43,234 nucleotides of DNA, from IMG/VR virus record IMGVR_UViG_3300033475_000061, positions 1 to 43,234 of that record; one strand, written 5' to 3'. This document shows positions 16,891 to 24,017 of the stretch, one piece after another. Origin of the DNA: a virus. Taxonomy: Duplodnaviria; Caudoviricetes. Numbering within the stretch: the stretch's first letter is position 1; each line of letters starts with the position of its first letter. A program made the translations under genes and the position numbers. The notes under the pieces are model-generated. The model was not told the DNA's origin. It saw only the letters and a list, made by a program, of their open reading frames with translations, and did not search any database.

Positions 16891-17200
16891 TGCGGGGCCG
16901 GCGCCGCCAGCCACGGCGCTGGCCTGGTATCTCCTGGCCCTCCTCACCGATGAACTCCGAGCGCGGCAGCCGGTCGAGGGGTAGATCCTCCCGGCGACCA
17001 CCCACGACGATCACCTCGGCCTGCGTGTCGCCGAAGCACATCTGGGTGGCGTCCGCCCAACCGGCCGCACCCCCGTCGGTCACGATGCCCACCACGAGGT
17101 ATCCGCGCCGGGCGCAGTAGGCCACGCACAAGCCGATGCGGTGCTGTCGGTCGGCATAGTATTTCTCCGGCACCCAGATCACGGCGCGCAGGTCCGGCAC
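16877..17200 (-). CDS. Degenerate serine-resolvase-like domain protein
   Basis: RAVIW...C.AYCARRGYLVVGIVTD...EVIVV...DRLPR layout without the YxRVS motif; GGAGG RBS. Confidence 0.55.
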   Translation of the reverse strand: MPDLRAVIWVPEKYYADRQHRIGLCVAYCARRGYLVVGIVTDGGAAGWADATQMCFGDTQAEVIVVGGRREDLPLDRLPRSEFIGEEGQEIPGQRRGWRRRPRIIDR

Positions 17201-17299
17201 GAAGACCTCCCGGGGCTGAGGTGATCAACGATCAACGATCGGATCAACGACAGTGGGCGATCTTCGGTTACGGCTACCCATAGATGGTTTTCACCGAAG

Positions 17300-17313
17300 C
17301 CCCCCCCCCCCCC
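17300..17313. repeat. C14 homopolymer
   Basis: Fourteen consecutive C in the intergenic region. Confidence 0.9.
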
Positions 17314-17360
17314 GCTGTGTAGCGTTTTAGCAGGTGGGGGAGTGGAGGGCCGCCCGGCGG

Positions 17361-17576
17361 TCAGCGCTCCTTCACGAACACCCCGACCCCGGGCAGTGTC
17401 TCGACCAGCCCGGCCTGGCGCAAGAGCCAGAGGGCTTTGTCCGAGACGGTGTCGCTGATCCCGTAGATCTCGCGCATCTGCGCGCGGCTGGGCAGGCGTG
17501 AGCCGGGCGCGTACTCGCCGGACTCGATCTTGTGTCGCAGGTCGTCCGCGACCTGCTCATAGCGCTGCTTGGGCAT
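17361..17576 (-). CDS. Stand-alone GntR winged-HTH regulator
   Basis: YEQVADDLRHKIESGEYAPGSRLPS...YGIS...L...GLVETLPGVGVFV. Confidence 0.92.
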   Translation of the reverse strand: MPKQRYEQVADDLRHKIESGEYAPGSRLPSRAQMREIYGISDTVSDKALWLLRQAGLVETLPGVGVFVKER

Positions 17577-17651
17577 GGTGTCACTCCCCGATCGGCGACC
17601 CCATGAGATCACGGGTTGTGCCAACGCTGCAACGGGTAGCGACTCATACCC

Positions 17652-17681
17652 TTGACCTGCCACAGCTAGCCATCGTACCCT
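17652..17681 (+). promoter_or_regulatory. Housekeeping-sigma-type promoter
   Basis: TTGACC-N18-TACCCT, divergent from gntR. Confidence 0.65.
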
Positions 17682-17870
17682 CGCCTGGTCTCCTCCCGAT
17701 CGGCAAATTGTGAGGCGACACAGGTCCGCCACCGGTATCCCCCGAGACGCGGACCAGCGCCGGCCCCGCACCAGCCCTCGGGGGGTAGGGACGGGGCCGG
17801 CGCCCCACCTCCGCGAAGACGGCGGGCCGTAGACAGCCAAGGTCGCGGCCCGCCGGAGGGGAGCAGCGCG

Positions 17871-18062
17871 ATGCCCGGTCCTGACCTCGAGCCGGTGCCG
17901 CTGGAGCCGGCCGCCGAGCGCGCCGAGCGCTACTGCGTCGACCGGCACCAGCCCGACCCGGCGCTGACCGTACCGACCTGCCAGGTCGACGGCGTGCCGT
18001 GGCCGTGCGTGGACTGGCGGCAGTCGCGGGCGCGACTCATCGCGGCCGGGCTGACGCCATGA
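17871..18062 (+). CDS. Small His/Cys protein (H...C...WPC)
   Basis: RHQPD...TCQVDGVPWPC; GGAGGGGAG RBS. Confidence 0.7.
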   Translation: MPGPDLEPVPLEPAAERAERYCVDRHQPDPALTVPTCQVDGVPWPCVDWRQSRARLIAAGLTP

Positions 18063-18223
18063 TCGTGGAGCTGGAGATTCGGGTACCCGAGCGGGTGGCG
18101 CTGGCCTGGCGGGCCCGCGAGCACCGGGCCGATCCGCGTACCGGCCGGTGTCGGGCGTGCGAGTGCGAGTGGCCGTGCCTGCCGGCGCATGTGGCGCGGC
18201 GGCGGCTGGCCGGGCTGGACTGA
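18059..18223 (+). CDS. Small His/Cys protein (H...CxxC...WPC)
   Basis: EHRAD...RCRACECEWPC; ATGA overlap; same motif as the previous gene. Confidence 0.7.
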   Translation: MIVELEIRVPERVALAWRAREHRADPRTGRCRACECEWPCLPAHVARRRLAGLD

Positions 18224-18288
18224 TCCCACGGTGCTCCCACGTGCTCCCAGCGGTGGGAGCTGTCGGGCAGCCGACAGGAGTCGTCTCG

Positions 18289-18369
18289 CATTTCCTCTCT
18301 CTGTCCTTGTTTCCTGGACAGTAGTCCGCTAGACTGTCCATACAACAAGGACAGAAGGAGAGGGAAATG
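18289..18369. promoter_or_regulatory. 81-bp imperfect palindrome containing promoter, RBS and ATG
   Basis: Arms CATTTCC/GGAAATG, TCTGTCCTTGTT/AACAAGGACAGA, TGGACAGT/ACTGTCCA; TTGTTT-N17-TAGACT on the + strand. Confidence 0.8.
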
Positions 18370-18720
18370 GCCTACCAGAAGATCACCTCCGGACAGCGTT
18401 ACACGGTCAACGCCCTGCGTGACCGCGCCTGGGCCGCCGGCTTGGAGTCCGCCACGTTCTCGCAGATCGCCGCCGACATCACCGGCTGGCGCCAGCGGAT
18501 CGCCGAGGCCGAGGCCGCGAAGGTCGCCGAGCAGTCCGCCACCACGGAGCCCGAGACGGGCGAGCCGGCCAGCATGGTCAACATCCTGCGTGCCGCCGGC
18601 CGCACCGTCCGCCAGATCGCCGCCGCCCTCGGCGTCGCGATCTCCACCGTCTACCGGTGGGCCCACGGCGGCCGGGCCTCCACCGTCAACGCCGTCCGCC
18701 TCGCCGCCCTGGCCGCCTGA
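18367..18720 (+). CDS. HTH DNA-binding protein
   Basis: LRAAGRTVRQIAAALGVAISTVYRW; AAGGAG RBS. Confidence 0.85.
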   Translation: MAYQKITSGQRYTVNALRDRAWAAGLESATFSQIAADITGWRQRIAEAEAAKVAEQSATTEPETGEPASMVNILRAAGRTVRQIAAALGVAISTVYRWAHGGRASTVNAVRLAALAA

Positions 18721-19196
18721 TGGTGACGGCACGGGACGCCGACCCGGTCGGCGTCACCGAGATCGCCGAACGGCTCGGCGTAGCGCCCGACACGATCCAG
18801 AAGTGGCGCGCCCGACACGAGGGCTTCCCGGCGGCCCGCTGGCCGCAGGTGGGCGGGAGGCCGGCGTGGCACTGGCCGGACATCCAGGCGTGGCTACGCG
18901 GCACCGGCCGTCCCAGTGAGCCCGTCTGGGTGGAACTGATGGAGGGCGAGTCCCCGTACGCCGCCGGAGTGGACTACGGGGACGTGGCACCGCTTCCCAG
19001 CGTTGAGGGTGATGCCGCGCTGTGGGCGTGGTTGGACGGCGAGGGCTACGGCCCGGACCAGCCCAACTTGTGGATCAACCTGGTCCCCATCGGGACCTGG
19101 GCCCCGAACAACACCCCTGCGGCGCAGCGGATCTGCGCCGTGACCGTCGAAGAGCTGCGCCGCATCGAGGCGGCCATGGAAGAGGAGCAGTCATGA
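18720..19196 (+). CDS. AlpA/excisionase-like HTH fused to an unknown acidic domain
   Basis: VGVTEIAERLGVAPDTIQKWRARHEGFP...W.WPDIQAW; TGATG overlap. Confidence 0.8.
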   Translation: MVTARDADPVGVTEIAERLGVAPDTIQKWRARHEGFPAARWPQVGGRPAWHWPDIQAWLRGTGRPSEPVWVELMEGESPYAAGVDYGDVAPLPSVEGDAALWAWLDGEGYGPDQPNLWINLVPIGTWAPNNTPAAQRICAVTVEELRRIEAAMEEEQS

Positions 19197-19825
19197 CCCC
19201 GGTAATCATGAACGTGGACGCTGACCTGGTCGCGGCGCCGGACGCGGAACTGCCGCCGATGGACCGGTTGTGGGCGGCCCTCGGTCTGCCGATGGACGGC
19301 GTACAGCGCCAGCCGGCGCCGGTGTCCGGCCCGTACCGTCGACTGGCCGCCGGCCTGCACTCCGTCGCGTCCCGGCGGGACGGCAACGCCTACGCCGTGT
19401 GGGAGACCGCTGGCCCGCAGGACACCGACGCCTGGGGCAGGCGCACCTACGCCAGCCACCTCACTTGGTGGTCCTACGCAGGATCGTGGGGTGCCCGCGC
19501 GTGGCACGTGAGTGCCAAGGTCCTCGTCCAGGTGGACGAGGATCTGGAGACGTCGATGTCCTTGCGCGACGTCACCCTGGCCGTATCCGGCCGGGACGGT
19601 GACGTCACCGTCTACTACGGTGACGCGCTGGCGTGGGTGCTCGCCGGTCCCGTCCGGGACCGGGCCGCACGCCGCGCCCTGCGGGGCGTCGCCGGGGTGC
19701 CGGATCCCGACGACGATCCCGCGCCGGACCTGAAGGACTGGTACAGGGTTGTCGCGTCCAGGGATCTCCCGGATGCGGCGATCGCGGACCGAGTCCGCCG
19801 GTTCGCGGAGATAGTTACCGCCTGA
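19193..19825 (+). CDS. Hypothetical protein
   Basis: 210 aa; GAGGAG RBS; ATGA overlap. Confidence 0.75.
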   Translation: MTPVIMNVDADLVAAPDAELPPMDRLWAALGLPMDGVQRQPAPVSGPYRRLAAGLHSVASRRDGNAYAVWETAGPQDTDAWGRRTYASHLTWWSYAGSWGARAWHVSAKVLVQVDEDLETSMSLRDVTLAVSGRDGDVTVYYGDALAWVLAGPVRDRAARRALRGVAGVPDPDDDPAPDLKDWYRVVASRDLPDAAIADRVRRFAEIVTA

Positions 19826-19843
19826 TGGGCAACCACACGACGA

Positions 19844-19877
19844 AGCCGCCCCGCCCCCAGACGGGGGCGGGGCGGCT
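19844..19877. terminator. Hairpin between convergent operons
   Basis: AGCCGCCCCGCCCCC-AGAC-GGGGGCGGGGCGGCT, 15-bp perfect stem. Confidence 0.75.
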
Positions 19878-19901
19878 CGTAGGGACGCGGCTGGTGGCGG
19901 G

Positions 19902-20099
19902 CTACTCCAGTCGGCCCGCGTACTTCCCGGTCGCCTGCGGCGGCGCGGCGGGCCGGTTCGGCACCAGGTAGACGCTGAGCGCGCCGACGACGGCGAGCGC
20001 GACGGTCACGACGTGCCCGACGGTGCCGGTCAGGCCGAGGTCGGACAGCGCCGTCAGGACGGCGAAGAGCAGGCCGATCCAGAACTTCGCAGCGGTCAT
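19902..20099 (-). CDS. Holin-like protein (2 TM)
   Basis: KFWIGLLFAVLTAL...VALAVVGALSVYLVPN. Confidence 0.75.
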   Translation of the reverse strand: MTAAKFWIGLLFAVLTALSDLGLTGTVGHVVTVALAVVGALSVYLVPNRPAAPPQATGKYAGRLE

Positions 20100-20101
20100 G
20101 A

Positions 20102-20959
20102 TCAGAGTCCCTTCGTGGCAAGCCAGCCGCGCAGCGCGGTGGCCATCCGGTGGTTGTCGCCGACGTGGTGCTCGGCCACCCACGGCCGGGCGACGGCGGC
20201 GAGCGCGGCATCCGGGTCGGCGGGCGCCGGCGGTACCGGCGCGGGGGTCGGCTGCGGCGCCGGCTGGGTCAGCGGCGTGAAGATCGTCACGTCGCCCTGG
20301 TCGGCGAGCAGCGCGCCGAAGTCGGCGAACGTCAGGTAGGCGCGGCCCTGGATACCCCAGCCCGCGCCCCACGAGTTGGTGAGCCAGACCCGCCCGGCGT
20401 CAGCGTCGACCTCGTCGACCACGAACTCGTGGCCGCCGACGACCGGGCCGGTGATGCGCAGCCGGCCGTCAGGGTCCGGGTCGAACATGTCCTGATGCCA
20501 GGCCACGCCGACGATGACCGGGGTCTGGCCCAGCGCCTTGAGCGCGCCGCCGAGCGAGAACGTGTGCTGGTACCCGGAGATCTCGCCGGCCGCCTTAAGC
20601 ATCTTGGCGATCGTCAGGCCGTCGGAGCCGGTGTCGTCCGGCGGGTACTGGCCGGGGTAGTCGTCGGCGCTGGTGGCGTCGGAGTAGAGCTGGACGGCGC
20701 CGGCCTCGGTCAGCGGGTACCGCGACACCGGCGTGTACGTCTCGTAGAACGGCTCGGTGCCCAGGCAGCCGATGCCGGCGTTGCCGGTGCAGGAGCCGAG
20801 CTGCCCCTGGTCCAGCACCGGGATGCCCCGGGTGTGCTTGGCGTTGACGATGCTCAGGCCGGCGGTCGGGAAGCCGTACCGCCTCGACTGGCTGTCGTGG
20901 CGGATGTGCCGGGCCAGGCGCGGGTCGGTGCTCGGGATGCGCTCGTAGTGGACGGTCAA
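20102..20959 (-). CDS. Papain-like (C1) cysteine peptidase
   Basis: DQGQLGSCTGNA, GGHE, NSWGAGWG catalytic motifs; Pro-rich linker. Confidence 0.85.
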   Translation of the reverse strand: MTVHYERIPSTDPRLARHIRHDSQSRRYGFPTAGLSIVNAKHTRGIPVLDQGQLGSCTGNAGIGCLGTEPFYETYTPVSRYPLTEAGAVQLYSDATSADDYPGQYPPDDTGSDGLTIAKMLKAAGEISGYQHTFSLGGALKALGQTPVIVGVAWHQDMFDPDPDGRLRITGPVVGGHEFVVDEVDADAGRVWLTNSWGAGWGIQGRAYLTFADFGALLADQGDVTIFTPLTQPAPQPTPAPVPPAPADPDAALAAVARPWVAEHHVGDNHRMATALRGWLATKGL

Positions 20960-21052
20960 GGGTCGTACCTCTCTGTCAGACTTGGTGCGGGACTCGCGGC
21001 CTGGCGTTGTCGGGTATGGTCCGTGAGCGCGCGGCCGGGCGGGTGGGGTCGC

Positions 21053-21289
21053 TCAGCACCTCAGGTCGCGGCGCAGGCGGGCGACATCGGCCGCCAGGCG
21101 CTTGCCCGTCGGCGTGGTCGGCGGCTGGCCCCGGTACGCGTCGTCGAGCGTCGTGACCAAGCTGCAGAAGTGGCGGCCCGTCGCAGCGGCCACGTGGTTG
21201 GCGTACAGGATGCTCGACAAGGTGAAGACGAACATCGACACGTAGATCACCAGCAGCGCGTAGCGCGACCGGGCGATCACCCCAGCCAC
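21053..21289 (-). CDS. Single-TM lysis-cassette membrane protein
   Basis: YALLVIYVSMFVFTLSSILYA then FC...LRC; start uncertain. Confidence 0.65.
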   Translation of the reverse strand: MAGVIARSRYALLVIYVSMFVFTLSSILYANHVAAATGRHFCSLVTTLDDAYRGQPPTTPTGKRLAADVARLRRDLRC

Positions 21290-21311
21290 CCCCGGGCGAC
21301 CTCGGCCACCG

Positions 21312-21569
21312 TCACGACGAGTCCAGCGGTTGCCGCTCCGGCGCTGAGGGCGATGACGGCCCGGTTGTATCTGTTGGCTCCGGCCTGCCAGGATCCGGGC
21401 GCAGCAGCTGCAGCAGACCCACCGCCCCCGGCACCCCGAGCAGCGTCGTGTACACCGCAAGCAGCGCCGGGGACACCGACCCCGTGGCTTCCTGATGGAC
21501 GATGCCGCCCAGTCCGACCAGCAGGCAGCCGACGTCCCTCATGATCGCGATGACTGCTTGAGCGCGCAC
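21312..21569 (-). CDS. Holin-like membrane protein (2 TM)
   Basis: RDVGCLLVGLGGIVHQ...LLAVYTTLLGVPG; follows the lysin gene. Confidence 0.7.
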   Translation of the reverse strand: MRAQAVIAIMRDVGCLLVGLGGIVHQEATGSVSPALLAVYTTLLGVPGAVGLLQLLRPDPGRPEPTDTTGPSSPSAPERQPLDSS

Positions 21570-21575
21570 GCACGA

Positions 21576-22646
21576 TTACCGGCCCGTCTGGAGCTGCGCG
21601 ATGAGCTGCGCGGCGATGTCGGCCGCGGTCGGCACCATCACCGGCACCGGGGCGGAGAGCGCCGCCTTGAGCGCCTCCAGCTCGGCGCGCAGTTCCTGCA
21701 CCTGGGCCACCAGCCACACCGCCTCCCCGGCGCGGGGGCCGCCGGCCACCGTGGGCGAGCCGTCCGCCAGCGCCGCCACCCGGTAGATGAGGGCGGCGAC
21801 GTCGTCGTCGGCGCGGGCCGGCGCCGCCACCGCCGCCGCGATGGCCTTGAGGGTCGCGGTCGTCCACACCGGCTCGCCCTTGGTGGGGCCGTCCGCGACC
21901 GTGTCCTTGCCGCCGACGAGCGCGGCCTCCCGGTAGATGAGGGCCAGGCCGTCCGGGTCGTCGCGTAGTGCCATGTCGTCTCCCATGATGAGGGTCCGCA
22001 GATCGTCGAGGGTGCCGCGGAACGCGTTGGCGTCACAGCCGGGCTGCGAGCCGATGGTGAGCTGGCTGCCGTACTGCCACAGGACCGGCGTCTGCCCGGA
22101 GTACGCCGCCCAGCCGGCGCCGGAGTCACCCGGGTACGCCTGCCGGTAGTGCCCGGCCCGGTTGGCGCCGTAGTTGGCGTTCCATAGTGGTACGCCGAGG
22201 CCGGCGAGGCCGGCGAGCTGGTCTCCGTACTGGCCCTTGCTGGCGTACGCGATGACCCGCTTGGGCTGCGCGGCCTTGAGCGCGCCGCAGAACGCCACGC
22301 CGGTCGAGGCGGCGACATTGTCGTAGCTCCACCGCTCCAGGTCCGGCTGAAGGAAGAAGCCCGGGTATCCGCGCCACCACGGCACCTGGGCGTCCAGGTA
22401 GGCCAGGAAGTAGGCCACCTGCGCGGCCACGCTTGGCCCCGAGCGGACCACGTGGTACGCGCCCAGAAACTCGATGCCGACCGCGCGCGCCCGGTCGAGC
22501 CTGTCGGCGAGGTGCTTGTGCTGGGTGCTCGTACCCTCGGTTGCCTTGTGGGTGAAGAAGGTGATGCCGTCACGGCGGGCGGCGGCGAGGTCCATCGGGC
22601 CCCGCGACCAGTCGAAATCGCTGGCGTCCCAGCCGTAGATGGTCAC
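21576..22646 (-). CDS. Endolysin, GH25 muramidase with repeated C-terminal domain
   Basis: GWDAS, KATEG, GAYH, DLE, LWNANY, LWQY, CDAN motifs. Confidence 0.9.
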   Translation of the reverse strand: MTIYGWDASDFDWSRGPMDLAAARRDGITFFTHKATEGTSTQHKHLADRLDRARAVGIEFLGAYHVVRSGPSVAAQVAYFLAYLDAQVPWWRGYPGFFLQPDLERWSYDNVAASTGVAFCGALKAAQPKRVIAYASKGQYGDQLAGLAGLGVPLWNANYGANRAGHYRQAYPGDSGAGWAAYSGQTPVLWQYGSQLTIGSQPGCDANAFRGTLDDLRTLIMGDDMALRDDPDGLALIYREAALVGGKDTVADGPTKGEPVWTTATLKAIAAAVAAPARADDDVAALIYRVAALADGSPTVAGGPRAGEAVWLVAQVQELRAELEALKAALSAPVPVMVPTAADIAAQLIAQLQTGR

Positions 22647-23176
22647 GGCGCATCCAGGAGGACGACGGTGAGGGTGGAGCCCGGATACTCCCAAGACGCA
22701 GCGGTGCCGGCGGTGCTGTTCTTCTTCGCGGCCAGCTTGAGCGTGTGCGCGCCGGCCGGCAGCGCGACCGTCCAGGTCTGGGATGCGGTGCGGTGCTGGT
22801 AGGTAGTGGCCAGGTCGTGCACGATCTGGCCGCTCGCGGCCATCGCCACGCCGTCGACGAGCAGATCACCGGTGCAGTAGGCGCCCAGCGCGCCGGTGGC
22901 GCAGGAGATCTGCAGCGTGCCGGTGACGACCGCCTTGGCGTGGGTGCCGAGCACGGTGACGCTCATCGTCGCGCCGTCGACATCCTGGTTGGTGGTGGTC
23001 AGCACGTCGCCCGTGTTGGACACGGCGGTGCCGCTCTGCAGCGGGCCGTTGAGGGCAATGGTCAGAGCTGACAGCGCGGTCTCCACGCTGTCGGCCAGGT
23101 CGTGGGAGATCGCGCTCGGATCACCCGGGTCGAAGGACTCCGCGTAGCGAATGCTCCACACCTCTGTCGTGCCCAT
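22643..23176 (-). CDS. Minor tail protein
   Basis: Beta-rich, LPAGAHTLKL; last gene of the tail operon. Confidence 0.65.
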   Translation of the reverse strand: MGTTEVWSIRYAESFDPGDPSAISHDLADSVETALSALTIALNGPLQSGTAVSNTGDVLTTTNQDVDGATMSVTVLGTHAKAVVTGTLQISCATGALGAYCTGDLLVDGVAMAASGQIVHDLATTYQHRTASQTWTVALPAGAHTLKLAAKKNSTAGTAASWEYPGSTLTVVLLDAP

Positions 23177-23177
23177 G

Positions 23178-24017
23178 TCAGCTCCCGGTGGCCAGGTCGT
23201 AGCAGGTCTTGCCGGATGCGGCGATGGCCGCGCAGGTGGCGTACGTCGCCGCGATGTCGGCACAGGTGACGCCGATGGCGCCGCCGGCGCGGCCATCTGG
23301 GCGGGACGTGGCCACCACCGGCAGCGGGTACCGGCGCCACGCATCGCCGGCGATGCGCGTGAACCGCATCTCGGCGAGGTCACCGACGGACAGGTACCAG
23401 GTGTCCCCGGACCAGGCGGCGGGCAGTCGCAGGATCAGCGGTGTGCCGTCGGCGCACATCGCGCGCACCCGCCGCCAATCGGCCTGGGTGCCGACCTGGA
23501 TCGTCACCGTGCCCTGGGCTGTGGAGCGCACGTCCGACACGATCACAGCATCAGCCCGGCCGAGCGCGGCGAAGACGCCACGCCGGGCCGGATAGGTCAG
23601 GTCGATGCCGTCGATGTCGCCGGGGATGACGGTGGCGGCGTTGGTGGCCGGCAGCGCCGGATGTCCGAGCCACGCGCTGTCCCCGGACGCCAGTGTGACC
23701 ACATTGGACACTTGGGTGACGCCGGGCGCATCGGCGCTGGTCGCCTCATAGCTGATCGGCACGTCGAGCGGGCACTCGTGGTCGTAGACGACGAGCTGGG
23801 CGGCGACACCGCCCGGGTCCGCGTTGCGCACCGCGACGCGGCTGCCGTCCGGGTTGACGCGGTTGATGGTGGCATGCGTGACGTCCCAGCCGAGCACGAC
23901 GAGCACCCGGGCCACCGGCGTGCCGTCGGCGGCGGCCGTCTGCGGGGTGGCCCACAGGGCCGCCTCAAACACGCCGTCACCGAACAGGCCGTCCCCGAAA
24001 TACATGGTGGACGTCAT
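23178..24017 (-). CDS. Minor tail protein (distal-tail-like)
   Basis: YDHECPLDVPISY, WLGHP, GRADAVIVSDVR; ATGA overlap. Confidence 0.7.
   Translation of the reverse strand: MTSTMYFGDGLFGDGVFEAALWATPQTAAADGTPVARVLVVLGWDVTHATINRVNPDGSRVAVRNADPGGVAAQLVVYDHECPLDVPISYEATSADAPGVTQVSNVVTLASGDSAWLGHPALPATNAATVIPGDIDGIDLTYPARRGVFAALGRADAVIVSDVRSTAQGTVTIQVGTQADWRRVRAMCADGTPLILRLPAAWSGDTWYLSVGDLAEMRFTRIAGDAWRRYPLPVVATSRPDGRAGGAIGVTCADIAATYATCAAIAASGKTCYDLATGS

Noticed and set aside
15790-17360. tRNA gene or tRNA-derived attP near the integrase
   Set aside because: No T-arm (GGTTCGA-type) plus acceptor-end pattern was recognised by eye on either strand; tRNAscan or ARAGORN would be needed to exclude it fully
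18037-18291. Minus-strand ORF starting at the mirror ATG (MRDDSCRL...)
   Set aside because: It runs antisense over a better-supported small gene and has no recognisable features, so it was not called as a CDS
17361-18341. 326-aa ORF-track version of GntR, and similarly extended portal, RecT, lysin and distal-tail ORFs
   Set aside because: The N-terminal extensions overlap other genes; shorter starts with an RBS or stop/start overlap were chosen
18289-18369. Palindrome as a protelomerase (telRL) site
   Set aside because: The centre is not a perfect palindrome, and no protelomerase or partition genes were seen
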